DNA of 64,000 bases from Asterias rubens. Taxonomy: Eukaryota. Position 1 is the first letter of the stretch, and each line of letters starts with the position of its first letter. The stretch is taken from assembly GCF_902459465.1 (NCBI RefSeq), contig NC_047062.1, positions 7,440,001-7,504,000 on the forward strand. The letters are read 5' to 3'. The position numbers were made by a program, and so were the translations under genes. Shown here piece after piece: positions 1-13,076 of the stretch. The notes below the pieces were generated by a model. The model had not been told where the DNA came from. It did not search any database and saw nothing but the letters and a program-made list of their open reading frames with translations.

Positions 1-3000
1 ATTCGACACTGGAGGAGGTTCCAGTAGATTTGACAGCACATCCTGTTGACATAACAAACCAAAAAATTCCAAACAGTTTAGCTCATTGTAGTATTATTTT
101 TATTATGATATATTTCTGGTAATGAACCCAAGGATCCCGCCTCATAAGTAAACATAATCACTGTAACCCCAAAGACTGAGGGTACCTGTAAATAAGGGTA
201 ATAAAACATGTTTATTACAACAAATATTTGTATCAACTCACCTGAACTGACTGCCTTTTGAAGATCTCCAGAATTTTGATTCTCAGTAACAGCTGCTCCA
301 GTGGAATCCTCTGGATCTCTACAAAGTTGTCATAAAAAATACAAAATATTTGCTTTGTGTTCTACCCCTGATGAGCAGGATCACCTTAAAGAAACACGTT
401 GCCTTGGATCAGTCGAGTTGGTCTTTGAAAAGCGTTCTGTAACCGTTTCTTATAAAATCGGTATGGTTAGAAAGATGTTGTAAAAGTAGAATACAATGAT
501 CTACACAAATATGCCTTGAAATTGCGTGGTTTTCGTTTTACCTCGTCGACACACATGGTCGGCCATTTATGGGAGTCAAAAATTTGACTCCCATAAATGG
601 CCGACCGTGTTAGTTCGCGACGTAAAATGAAAACCGTGCAATTTTGAGTGATAATTGTGTGGATCATTGTATTCTACTTTTAAAACATCTTTCTAACCAT
701 ATGCATTTTATAACAAACGGTTTCAACTCGTCCGATCCAAGGCAACGTGTTCCTTTAAAGGGGATGCGATGTTCTGACAAAGGTGGACAAAACTAATGCA
801 GGACATAGTATTTAAGCAACAAAAAAATCAAATTTGTCTAATAGTGAATGTTGTGCAAAGAGGCTACAGTTGCATGGGTAATACACAAAACCAAGTCACC
901 GTGGTCAAGTGGTTAGACTGCATGACTTGCAATCACAAGGTTGTGGGTTCGAATCCCCAAAGCTAACCGCTGATTTCACAATGACTAGAATAAATATTGT
1001 CGTCTAGCTAATGAATCACAATTTCTTGATTTGTGTGATTCATAATCATAGACGTTTAACCAATACTGTTTCAAGCTTGGTGTTTATATCCCTTGTGGGA
1101 GTTTGCCGAGTTCCCTTGATGGGAAGATCATTCAAACAAACAAACAAACCAATTACCTAAGAGGGTTTATGCCTTTTTTATAAAAAGAATTAGGAGATGG
1201 GACTAGAAAAAAAAATACACTAAAATGCACAAAAAAACCAAAGTATCTTGAAAAGTGTGTCAGTGCTAATAACATATACCTGGAATAGGCTGCTCTCTAA
1301 GGTGTTCATCATAGGTGTGTTTACTGTAGAGATGAAAACACACCCCTTGGGTGACACGCCCCGCCCTTCCCTTGCGCTGTAACGCATTGGCCCTCGACAC
1401 CCAGGTCGTTTCCAGGCTCTCCATTCCCTTTGACGAATCATACCTTAAAATAGCACAGGAAACTTATTATAATTAAGGTTTCATACGGAATTGGAAGGGC
1501 TGACAAAATAGTCGCGATGATCCTTTTTTGTGTGATCAACTGCATACATGTAATAACAAACCTGTGAAAATATGGGCTTAATCTGTTGTGCCAGTCAGGA
1601 GAAAGAAGTCAAAATAAGCACATTTTTGCCAGCTTGTAATCAGCTTGTAACACATTGTCATTATTTTTGGTTGTAATGACCAAAGCCAGCTGTTGCACGT
1701 TTTTAAGAAAATTTTCAGATACAGTTTTCTTGAATATGACTGCATTTTAGAAGGAAACATTTCACAGAGAAAATGGTTCTAGTATGAACTTCCTAATTTG
1801 TAAGCTTTCAGACTAAAATTACAGAATGATGTTATTTATCCATACCAATCCTGTTTATTACCTTTAAGATTTTATGATACAATAAGATTTTTGTGATCGT
1901 ATAAACCATATGCATCCAACACCATATCAGTAGGGCCCCTGAATGGATGAGGTCAATGGATAAGGTAAATTTGAGAGGTCAAACCTTTAGTTTTCCAATT
2001 TGAGAATTTGAAAACAAAGCATAAACTGCACCATGTAGGTTTTGCTCCATCGACAGAAAAAAACAAAACCAAAACCAAAACAAAGGGACATACCTTTTCT
2101 CCTTCATTTTGCCTACATCGATAACAAACACAACATCATCAATTGTAATGGAGGTCTCGGCGATGTTGGTCGCAATGACTACTTTAGTCACCCCCTCCTT
2201 TGGCTTGATGAAGGCTGAGTTTTGCTCCTCACTTGAAAGTGAAGAGTGCAGAGGTACAAGCTTGAACCTTGGGGAAAAGGTTTTGAAGATCCAATTCAAT
2301 TGACAATTTCCCCAATTTTCTTTTTTAAATGCTGTCATCTCCATACAATTTTGTTAGATTTATGTGTTCGATCTATGACAATTTTGGGGACAAAAAGTGT
2401 CAGAAAGAGAACCAGCTGTAGCCTGAAAGATTGCCTAAAAGAAACAAAATTTCGGTCCAGAAGCTATCCTGTAAGTATAATTATAAAATATGCAAACTGT
2501 AATCACAGGTTATTCTCGTCACCATCTCTTCACTTGAGATTAAATTTTCAGATGTTCTACATCTTTATTGTACCTCTATTTGTGATCTTTTTAAAATGTT
2601 TAATTAATAGTAGCACTTATCAGAGTTTATGTAGCAAGAAGTATGTTATGCCAGTTATCCTAGTGGAAAGTATTTTTGTATTTTAGTCTTTGGATGTCTT
2701 GTATTTTGAAATTGTACTTAAATAAATACTTTTATATTTCACAATGTTTTTCTGTAATTTTAAAAGAAGTATATACATTTTCTTATGTAATTTTAAACGC
2801 AATTCAGCCTCTGGCTGCCAAGTTTGAATGTTTTTTAACAAACCAACAATAATAATAATATATAATATGCAACAGTTATAACAAAAAAGAACACACACCA
2901 CTTATTTGAAGAGATTGTAACATAGCAAACCATTTCTCTATTCTAGGAGTGTTTCTAGGTGCCTTACTTTTTTTTAGCCCTTGGTCCACAAAGAGAGCTC

Positions 3001-6000
3001 TGTAGTTGTTCATAACAAGACAGTATCTCCGCTAACCCTGGCAAGAAGATAAGAATGGCTCCGTCTTTAGGGTACTGTTGGGAATCAAAATAAAACAAAT
3101 TGTTTAAAGACAGTAGACACTATTGGTAATTGTCAAAGACTAGCCGTCACAGATGGTGCATCTCAACATTTGCATAAAATAACAAACCTGTGAAAAATTT
3201 TGCTCAATCGGTCGTCGAAAATTCAAGATAATAATGAAGAAAAAAAAACACCCTTGTCACACGAAGTTGTGTGCTTTCAGATGCTTGATTTCGAGACCTC
3301 AAATTCTAAATCTGAGGTTTCCAAATCAAATTCGTGGAAAATTACTTCTTTCTCGAAAACAACATTACTTCACAGGGAGCCGATTCTCACAATGTTTTAT
3401 ACCATCAACCTCTCCCCATTACTCGTTACCAAGTAATGCAAATTCCAAACTCACATTCTATACACCAATCTGAGCACCGCGCACCTGCTGCAGTGTACCT
3501 GAGCCTAGTTTTGTGCACAAAGACACAAGAAAATCATGTTCCTTTTCACTCTCTATGGAAATAAGATGTTTTCCTTCAACTTACACACTTTCTTTGACAT
3601 GATATCATGATATACCAATGTAGATCACCGACCACAAATTTTTGCAACCAAACTCAAATCATCTGGAAAAGGTACAGGTACACCGCAGCAGTGGCGCGAG
3701 CGGCGCCCAGCATTTGCATGCCCGGATTAGTGTATACTTTCAAAACTTGAGTCCACTGCCCTAGACTGCTTGACCAGGACATGCCAATTTGATCCCAGTC
3801 CAAACTGTCTGAAGGAGGGAGGTGCACGATATACAAGGAAGGGGTTTTTGGTCACTAGATGTCCCTCTTACCTCATGATCACCGAATACAATCCATGACA
3901 CCAGCGTTTCAATCAGGTCATTGTTTATCTTATCTGGGTCCATTGTACCCAGAGTTCTGATGGTGCTTTTACTGTAATCTATGGAAGACGAACACAAATC
4001 AATGCACCATAGTTGGTTTGAAACAAGTGAACAGGTTTGCGATTAAGTACTAGATGTCAAACAATGTCCAATGATCCTTTCAAACAGAGAAATCACCTCT
4101 AGGGGATGCAGCTTTTTTATTTCACACATCGAGTGACAAACAACGAGCGAAAAGTCTTAAATAATTTGGGGTTGAACAGCTAAATTGACCAGAGTGAGAA
4201 CTGAACCTGCGACCTCTTGGTTATCGAGCCGACGCTCAACCAACTGAGCTAGCTAGCACTAATGTTGTTGGTCTCCCTTTTTTAACAATATCTTTGCTCG
4301 GTGGTGCTAGTCAGAAATCAGTCACACATTTTGTCACTTATTCCTCCTCATCTAAATAAAGTTTGACAGTGGATGATATTGAATAGTCAGACAGTAGGAG
4401 GGTTGACTAGACAACTGTCTGTTTGCTATCATGATTCACCTTTTTCGTACCTAATTGTACATAAGTTTTGAATAAAAAGGATCGTCTGTGTTATACAATA
4501 AGGACTTTCTTACCGCTGTATCTGAGAGCTAGCTGTGGAATTGTTAGATTCCAATCTTTGACGTTATCTTTAGGGGGGCTGACATTCAACGAGGATAATG
4601 CTTCCGCTATATCATCCTCTATCCCACCGTCGTGTGTAAAGCCCCTCAACTGTTTGGCCGTACTCTCTGATTGTACAGCATTGCTGCGCTTGATTGGTCG
4701 GGAATAGGTAGAATTCTCCTCAAGCACATAGCTGTTTGAAAAGGTCAGGGTTGAGAGTCATTACTAGCGAAAAAGTCTGAAACTTATATACAAATTCAAA
4801 GGTACAAACTGTATGTTGAAATGATGCCATTTCTACCATTTGGTAACCCCTAGGGTTATAGATTCCAAGGAGCTCTTGGAAACAGTATCCAATGCACTAG
4901 AGAAGTAGACCAATGAGCAGGATTTCTTTATTTGTGGAAAAAAATATTGTCTGATTTTCTTCACCAGGCCCACATGAAAAGTCTGAATTCAGACAAAAGT
5001 TTGAACAATCTCATCCCTTGAAAGGTGTGTATAATTATTATTTTGCAGCAATAGTTATAACATAGTTTGCAGTAATAGTACTTGTTAATTTGTTTGAATG
5101 GACAATTTTGTTGATAAGTTGCAAGAGTTGGATTTTCAGAACTTTAGATAGTTAGATTTTCATTTTTCTTTAAATAAAAGTATCGCCTAACATTACAAGG
5201 CCGGATGGCCACTTCAGAGTAAGAGCTACACTTAACTGATTTGGGATATCAACCCAAATCAACTGCCACCATTGCCACCTACTCCTGGGGCTAGTAAGAA
5301 TGTAGGCATAGGTATCATCCACTAAGAGCCTGGCTGGTACAGGATGCACTACCTTCCCAACTTGCATTGAAGAGACAATCTCATAGATACCGTTAAATGT
5401 ACAAGTTTCATGGTTTTTGATTTAATAAGAATAATTAACCATTCTTGTATAGCGCTTAAAACATAGCAATTAAACATGTCCCTAAGTGCTCTAAAGAAAA
5501 ACACAACAGAATACAAATACAAGATGCACTGGGTAACAAACAAAACTGGTAGAATAAAATGTTAAATAAGTGCCTCTTTAAAGCAATCTTAAACTTAACA
5601 ATGGAGTCAATGTTTTTTAAATGTTCCGGGAGATTGTTCCATAAAGTTGGGCAGTGTGAGTGAAGCTATGTCACCATATGACTTGGTCCCCACTGGTGGA
5701 ATAACAAACAATTTTTTCTTGTTAGGACGAAGAATTTAACTCTTTTTCCCAACAAAAGCAATTTCTGTTTGAGCAAAAACTGCACTCAAAAAGACCAGTT
5801 ACACATAGATAATTCAGGCATGCAACTGTGGTTTAACAATCATGAGGAAAAGGCCATGCGCAGCAAAAGTTTGTAATGTGGTCTTGATCTATGGCTAATA
5901 TACATACAGATGGGCACAACTCTACCAGTCATCAGGGTATTGAATGAACAAATCAATCAATCAATTAATCAACATACACTGTGAGCAACAAATAAAGACT

Positions 6001-9000
6001 GATCAACAAAGTACTCACTTTGTACATTCAATGGCATCCTCCAAAAAGTACTGTTCAACAGCGAAGGTTTTTCCTGTAAGTAAAGATGTTTAAGAACAAA
6101 CTCAGTAACTTCACCAGATGCAAAATAAATCATACTTTGCAAGTCAGATCACAAGTCACATAACGTCCCAAAATAAGCCCACACCCATGGCATTGTGACA
6201 AACTTAAATAAAATAAAAAACCTGTTATCCTGGCAGATTTAACATTTCTGCCCTCTGAAAAGTGCACTCGAAAACATCTTGATCGTCAGCAGCAGAGTTA
6301 TCACCAAAGACTTGATTTTGCCACATTTAGTTACAACAATAATTGCAAAGTCGTAAAATCTAGTAAATTCTCAACTATCAAGTTATATTTGCTAAGTCAA
6401 GTCAAGTCACAAGTCGTTTTTCCCCAAGTCAAGTCAAGTCGCATACATGTCAATAAAGTTGGTGACTCGACTCTGGCTCAAGTCAAAGTCACAGACTCAA
6501 GTGTTGTATTGGAGAAAGTACAATCCTTGAACGCAATACAACACTTCTTTAGTCATCAGCCTTTCAGAGTTCTTTACATTCTTTCGTCTTTCAACAATTC
6601 TTGTGTAACCCAGACGCCTTATGATGGCGCTATTACAGTATTCATGAACACAACACACTGATACATATGAAACAGTGTGGAGTAAAGAGACAACCCTTAC
6701 CTGGGATGTGGATGACTGGACAGCCTTTGAAGTAAGAGGAGAACAACTCAGCATTGAGTGTGGCACTCATCAGTATGATCTTAAGATCTCTCCTCTTGGG
6801 TAGAATATCACGCAGGACCATCATTAGAAAATCACTTCAAGTAAACATGAGAACACAAAAAAAGGAAATTTTGTTTCATACAGTTATAAATTGGCAGAAA
6901 TTGCCAATTGTCATCAAGTTCCCATGGAAACACACCCAAACACATATTTCATTTTTTTTGCATCCCTATTGAGACATCTTTTGTTCTTTCCTTTGTCCCA
7001 GTAGTGAAGCAGCCCGAGTCATTAGAATTTCCCTACGGATAAATTTTGTTTTCCCTTTTATGTTTTGTTCTCAGTCTCCATAAGTTTGAATCCTAAAATT
7101 TCCTAGATATTTAACAAAAATTCACAGGACTCTGGAAAGTACTTAGTATCGTTTCTTTACACACATCAGTGTATTGGTAAAACCAAATAATATTCTTTAT
7201 CCCCAACACAAATTTAACATCTAGTAAGATATTTATTGTGTTCATCTTTTCATTACAAACTTTGGTTGTCTTTGTGTTGTAGCAGAGTTCTTGTTTTTTG
7301 CACCACGAGTGTCATCATTGACAGACATAGCACACTAGAAATGTTCAATATTGATATTATTTATTGACCTCTGATCACCATCATCCTCCAAGCCCAGCTT
7401 CCATACCTTTCATCACTTCTCTCATGCACTTCATCAACAATGACATGACTGACTCCATCAAGGTTAAAATCTCCTTCCAATCTACGCAGAAGGATACCAG
7501 TTGTGCAAAAGAGAAGTCTTGTAGAGGACGACTGTGTGGGTATGATGCAAACAGAAACAAAAAAACCTTAGTTATTTGGAATGGATTTTTGAGCAAATTA
7601 TTTTTTACAGTAAACAAAATATGGGGAAAAAGAAGCCTGACGGTTCGACTGTGGCAGAGTTTTTCTCGAAGGCTACTACGAAGTAAAAAAAAACTATGAC
7701 CATCTTTAAACCATGTGACTTGTGTGCAAATCTGTGAATCATATTATAACTCCTACCAATGTTGTACACACACTAAATCAATATTTGATGAAAATAATGA
7801 CGACAACGTCAAACTGCAATGACGCCAGACCTTGCGCTTAAGCTCTTTGTATATTAGACCCCCAGGCGCGTAGAGTAACCTGTACATTTTACATGCCCCC
7901 AGGTACTTTAAGTAGCCCTTTCCAATGGATTAATGGTAGTGGTCACAACCAGTGATGTTCACAAATAAATTAACACATGTAAACAATTTATTACTCTCAT
8001 CTAAAAGGGAATCAATATGAACATTTTAAACAAGTAGGTGGCAGTTGTTATCAGTCCACAGGGCAAGTTGAGAAGTGGTGTTTACTAGCCCGTAGCACTT
8101 TTTAATAGACAATGTACGCCCAGCTAGTGTTGAGCCCTTGAGGCTGATAGCTAAATCACAATGACTTTATTCCGTACCTGCTTGTTCTCCAGTCTAATCT
8201 GGTACCCAACCACACCTCCCAGCCTTGTAGCTCTCTCATTAGCAACTCTCTCAGCCACCGCTGTGGCTGAAATACGCCTTGGCTGGGTACAGATGATGTT
8301 ACACAATGAAGGCCCATGGTTTGCAAGGGAAGCATCTAGGATGAACTGAGGAACTTGGGTTGTCTTTCCGCACCTGACAACATAAAGCGATAACATTTAA
8401 GGATTACTCAAGGTCGAGCTCAAAGAGGTCGAGATCACCTGTCTTATGTTGATCTACTAGGACACTGGGTTTGTGACAGCTGGAGAAATATCTAAATGCA
8501 TGCGTTAGGGTGTCGTGGCCGAGTGGATAAGAACACCAAACTCAAGCTCTAATGCTTCTGTTCAGCAGAGTATGGGTTCGAATCCCGGTCATGACACATG
8601 TGTCCCTGAGCAAGACACTTAACTATAATTGCTTCTCTCCACCCAGGGGTAAATGGGTACCTGTAAGGGCAGAGATGGTTCTTGTGATTGATTTAGCCGA
8701 GTAGCGCATATTAATGTTGCACGAGGCTGTATACTCCTCACCAGGGAGCTGAGATGGTTTAAGGAGTGATTTAAGGCCCAGTGACCAGAGGTAATAATGT
8801 GAAGCGCTTTGGGATGCCCTCCGGGTGTGAAAAGCGCAATATAAAAACGGGTTATTATTATTATTATTATGAGGGACATGGAGATCTGGGGACAACTTAA
8901 GTCCGGTACATACTTCCTGCGAATACGAATGTTGACGTCACAAATTCGCAAGGAATAATTTGCAGCAGTTCAACTCTGCTCAACTCACTTGCGAATATCT

Positions 9001-12000
9001 GTGCAACAGGAGGGTTGTGATGTCAAATTCATGTAAAATTTGCTTCGCATTCGCAGGCAGTATGAACCGGGCTTTGGCCATAACTTCATTGACCGAAGAC
9101 ATCGCTCTAAAAAGAAGAATTCAGACTTTTCCCCCCTGACTTATGAAAACAGCTCTTAAAGAATTTTAAAATATCAGTCAGAGTAGTTGTTACAGCAGAG
9201 CTGCCAACATCTGCATCTTGCAATCACAGAGATTTTGAACAACACTCAGGGTGATATTTTAAATTACATTCAACATAATAGGGAAACTGTTTCCATAATC
9301 AGGGACATTTTTCAACTGTAATGTGAACTTGAATTGATTGGTCTGGGAACTTTTTTACTGAATCAAGGAGAGTTGGCAGCCCTTACAGGCATGTTCACAA
9401 TCCAAAGATTGGTTAATTTACTTCTGTGTCACTTCAAAAATTGTTTGAGTATCTTACCCAGTCATGCCACTGACAACCACAACTTGGTTTTTATCAAGAG
9501 CTTCCAAGATGGTCTCTTGCTCCTTCCATGCAGGCAGCTTCTGTCTGTCTGCCAAGAAGTTCCTGTATGCATGAGAATGCTGTTTCCTCTTAAAGGTCTC
9601 TTTGAGGGTTCTGTTAAGCCTTTCAATTTCTCTCTTGTCTCTTCTTGGAGGTACGCTCTTATTAGTTCTAACTGGAAGCTGTTCGACTTCCTCCTCCTCC
9701 TCTTCATCATCATATTCACTCTCACTGCTTTCATCAAGATCCTCCTTCTTCAAATTTGTTTTTGATGAATTCACAGAACTTTTAGTTCTTGTGCCTAGAG
9801 GTATGCCAGCAGAAGCACTCTGAGGTCTTCCACGTCCGGCACCATGCTTCGTTGCAGAATCGTCCTTTTTTAAGGAAGGCGCAAGACCCATTGGCAAAGG
9901 TTTCTCTTCAAGGGCCTTAATCATCTGGTCAGGATCTTCTAGAAGGGCGACAAGGGAGAACACAACAGGAGAGGCACTTTCAGCGACAACCTTCGCTTCA
10001 TCAAACAGCAGTTTAGAGACATTGAGGCATTTAACGATTGGAAATTCTGGACTGGCCGTCAGGAAGGCAACAAGTGGGGGTTCCATGGGATAAACATTCC
10101 CTTTCGGGAACCGGATCTCTAACTGATAAACCTGTGCGTTGGAGTTATCACAGATCTCCTGGTATGTCTTTCCAGGGGTTAGTTTATGCCGAAACTTGCA
10201 CGACGAGCCAAATCGACAATGACCCTGCTGGTAGAATCTGCAGATATTGACATTTGAGAGGGATTGTTCAACCATCTGCTGTTTTCTGTCGTGCAGTTGC
10301 CTCGCCTTCACCTGAAAGTGATCTGTGACATGAGGCAGGTCAAAGGTCATGACCCATATTTGGTTGGGTATCCTTTCCTCAAAGTCGTCTCTGTAGATGG
10401 AGCTGAGGGCCAGAGCTTCCTCTTCCCTCTGGAGCAAGGCCTCCTTCATCAGCGCCTCGTTGTCCTGCTCTCCCTGACTCTTAGTCCGTTTCTTTTTGCT
10501 CTTCTTTGAAGAGGTCTCAAAGCAAGTTTTGAGAAGATGTTCTACTGCCTTGCCGACATCGCCGTCTGTCTCTTCCAAGGCTTCCTTGCAGTGGTCACGA
10601 TGGAAGCCATATCTGACATAAAATTTTACAAGAGTTTGAAACTTTGCACGGTTAAAGTAAAATCTAGAAACTAAAGTCCACAGTAAGAACCTGCCTTCTC
10701 TCTTAACAGTGGTCTGCTGGCCAAATGCTAAATACTTGAGGAACCAGTCAAATTTAAATCAAAGTGGAGTGGCTGGTTAGTTCAGTGTTGAAAAACATCC
10801 ATTAATTTGAAATTTAAACAATTGAAAGGGCTGGCGGACCAACACAGGTCTGGATGGCTAGTCACTGGAAAAGTTAAGGGCAAACCCTCGGGGAACTTAG
10901 GAACCCATCACAGTAAATTAGTTAGCAACAAAAATCTTAGGAGACATTTCTTCAGTGCTAACACAAACCTTATTGTTTCATTTATCAGCCACTAAAAGAG
11001 GTTATGACTACTTCCTCTTAGAATGCAAGTTTGACAAACTATAAAAAAGAAACTGGTGATCAACCTTAAATTGGGGTGAAAAAAAAAATCCTTCAAAGAT
11101 CATTTATTGATTAGTATACTGCACCAAAGCACCTTGTAAACCGTTACATGGTGCTCTTAAAGGAGATCTCATAATTCAAATGTAGTCCCACATACCTCGC
11201 GGGAAAATACTGAATGTTGAAGTGCATTGAGCATCACTGGTTGACATTTATGAGTGCTGTATAAGAAGCCATTATTATTATTATTATTGTTATAAAATGA
11301 AAGAAAAGTTTTACTTTTAACTTTGAATGACCAAAATGGCGGACACTCACTTAAGTAGTTTGAGCACAGCGTATTTATTGACAAGCTTTTCTTGCAGGTC
11401 ATCGTCCTCCTCATCCACTTGGAAGAAAGAAGCGCCCTCAACCATCATTGTTTTATCCTCAGTCCAGTAGCGATTGTCGCTATGATAATCCAATTCCTCG
11501 TAGCCTTGCTCACTGTGTTGAAAACAGTCGAAAATCAAACGTATTTTTAAAGTGCACTTGAAAGGGTATTAAACACTGTGATATTTAACAACATTTTAAT
11601 GTGAGGTTAGAGACTTACTTTTAGCTGTGTAATCCTCAGAGACCATTTAAAGCATGGAATAAAAAAGGAAGGGAACAGTAAACTTGTTTAAGGGATGCCA
11701 AGTTCAACTCTGGCCACATAAACTACTCAATATGTATCCAACCCTGGCCATATCTCATTGCCCCCCCCCCCCCCCCTTTCAATGTTGGCTTGCAAGGTCT
11801 TCTGGGAAGAAGACACGCAATGTTTATTGTAACGTTGAGAATGGGTGGCCCAAGCATGTTGGCCTGGATTGTGGCTAGTGGGCCATAGATAAAATCACGA
11901 CAAAAAACAATTCACACGCTGATGCTTGGCTTTAGTTGCTTAAGCCAAGAGCAACAGCGTTACAACAAAAGGCCTCATTCTATATTCTTTAAAACTGTGT

Positions 12001-13076
12001 GATTTAAGTACTCTGGGCACCTCCATGAGGGAAGTCTAAATTTCTATTGAAAATACCAAGGAAATAAATAGATACATGGAGGCAATCACCTCCATTGCCT
12101 CTGTAAAGAATCAGGCTTGCCCAAAGATCATTGAAGTCTGACAGATCATTAGAAAGCAAGTTACTCCTACCTGAACTCAGTGGGCTCTGCCCCCTTCAGT
12201 TCTCTCAGGACGTCACGCACTAATTCTTGATTATCAGTAGTCATATGAAGTTGCTGCATCTGAACCTTCCTGGACTCACCCCTGCCACGCCCTCTTGACC
12301 CGTTGCCACCACCCCGTCCTCGATATCCATCGTTCCCAGGTCCTCCAGATGATCCCCGCCCTGACGATGAAGACCCTTGTCCTGATGATGACGATCCTCG
12401 TCCTGATGATGATGGGCCATGTGAGGAACTCTGTGGTTTTCCTGACGAATAGCCCCCTTTTGAAGCGCCCCCACCTCTGCAAAACAATTATCTATCTCAA
12501 TAGAGGTAGAGACATTCCTCGGGCATGGGGGGATGGACTACTCGATTGCTCAGGCCTAAAAGGTCATTAGTGCAGCTTTTATGGATTTCATAAAATTGGT
12601 TTTGCATATTTTGGGGTTTATTTGTTTGTTTTGCAAAAAGAAACATTAATTTGCAGTAATGAATCAAACTACCTCCAAGTCGCTTAAACTGTTTTTTTAT
12701 TTTTTTTTTATTTGAGTAAGGTCTGAGAGGAGAAGGGGAAAAGAAATGTAATTACATGCTCTTCTTAAAAGCTACAGATCCTTCAACAACACAAGTACCT
12801 GTTACTGTTGGTGTTACTGCCACGTGAATGTTCCCTCGGCATAAAACAAACATCATCGTCTAAGTAATCATATTTTCCCTTCCTCGCTCCAGTCTCCGAC
12901 GCAAATCCTGCAGGCTTTTGACTCTTTCCTCCTCCTCCTCCAGTTGAACCCTGACCTCTTCCACGACCTCCACCACGACCTCCGCCACGACCCCCGCCAC
13001 CTTGACCTCCTCTGCTTTTATTTCCTCGTCCGCCTCCTTTGTTGGGGCCTCCTTTCTTTCTTACAGGGTTGTCCAT
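1..13076 (-). CDS. DHX57: Putative ATP-dependent RNA helicase DHX57 (DEAH-box); 3' part runs off the left edge of the window
   Basis: Phase-consistent GT-AG exons in transcript order: 13076-12799, 12476-12171, 11512-11351, 10612-9458, 8373-8178, 7531-7407, 6834-6701, 6073-6019, 4731-4514, 3978-3872, 3074-2968, 2267-2094, 1443-1280, 318-242, 42-<1. The protein has a Gly/Arg-rich N-terminus, a UBA-like segment ([26 protein letters not shown]), a CCCH finger ([19 protein letters not shown]) and an RWD segment ([16 protein letters not shown]). Helicase motifs: [49 protein letters not shown]+CCCH+RWD ahead of the helicase core is the DHX57 architecture. Confidence 0.95.
390..754. mobile_element. 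Kolobok-type MITE, family B (copy 1)
   Basis: TTAA|AGAAACACGTTGCCTTGGATC...GATCCAAGGCAACGTGTTCCT|TTAA. TTAA target duplication with AG termini. A second copy lies at 21605-21994. Confidence 0.8.
895..1150 (+). mobile_element. tRNA-derived SINE with (AAAC)n tail
   Basis: A box TGGTCAAGTGG, B box GGTTCGAATCC, unpaired anticodon arm and an AAAC tail. A second copy lies at 59355-59975. Confidence 0.75.
3108..3436. mobile_element. Kolobok-type MITE, family A (truncated)
   Basis: TTAA|AGACAGTAGACACTATTGGTAATTGTC left end with the family A body; the right TIR is missing. Confidence 0.8.
5430..5760 (-). mobile_element. Degenerate L2/CR1 3' fragment
   Basis: The minus-strand translation resembles the YGDRAFS..APxLWNxLP...[15 protein letters not shown]2 end, with frameshifts. 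Confidence 0.55.
6400..6505. repeat. (CAAGT)n-rich repeat, probable DNA-transposon subterminal remnant
   Basis: aagtcaagtcaagtcacaagtc...caagtcaagtcaagtc...caagtcaaagtc. Confidence 0.5.
8508..8871 (+). mobile_element. tRNA-derived SINE with L2-like tail and (TTA)n
   Basis: A box GTGGCCGAGTGG, B box GGTTCGAATCC, core gtgtccctgagcaagacacttaac, tail gtgaagcgcttt...aagcgcaatataaa and (tta)n. Related degenerate copies lie at about 33965-34215, 34590-34860, 11160-11290 (3' piece) and 52430-52730 (minus strand). Confidence 0.8.
8915..9075. mobile_element. MITE with AAGCCCGGTTCATACTTCCTGCGAAT-type TIRs
   Basis: aagtccggtacatacttcctgcgaat ... attcgcaggcagtatgaaccgggctt. The superfamily is uncertain (Harbinger-like). 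Confidence 0.6.

Noticed and set aside
121-190. Possible DHX57 exon or intronic snoRNA
   Set aside because: An acceptor-like site is present, but the translation does not fit DHX57, exons 318-242 and 42-1 join directly, and there is no proper C/D box pair on the host strand.
3200-3564. Recurrent 60-120 aa ORFs ([15 protein letters not shown] / [15 protein letters not shown]) here and at about 16.4, 33.2, 49.1, 54.8, 58.3, 59.6 and 62.0 kb
   Set aside because: They are chance translations of the family A MITE. Frames and stops differ between copies and there is no transposase motif.
5170-5367. 65-aa minus-strand ORF as an extra DHX57 exon
   Set aside because: The flanking exons join in phase without it, it has no DHX57 similarity, and it adjoins an L2 remnant.
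1280-8373. DHX57 exons beginning with GT (1443, 2267, 8373) as recursive splice sites
   Set aside because: AG|G(T) junctions are expected from the proto-splice consensus, and the introns are short.
9334-10509. Plus-strand and alternative-frame ORFs over the large DHX57 exon (similar ones at 40.8-41.9 kb and 54.2-54.6 kb)
   Set aside because: They are shadow ORFs of real coding exons.
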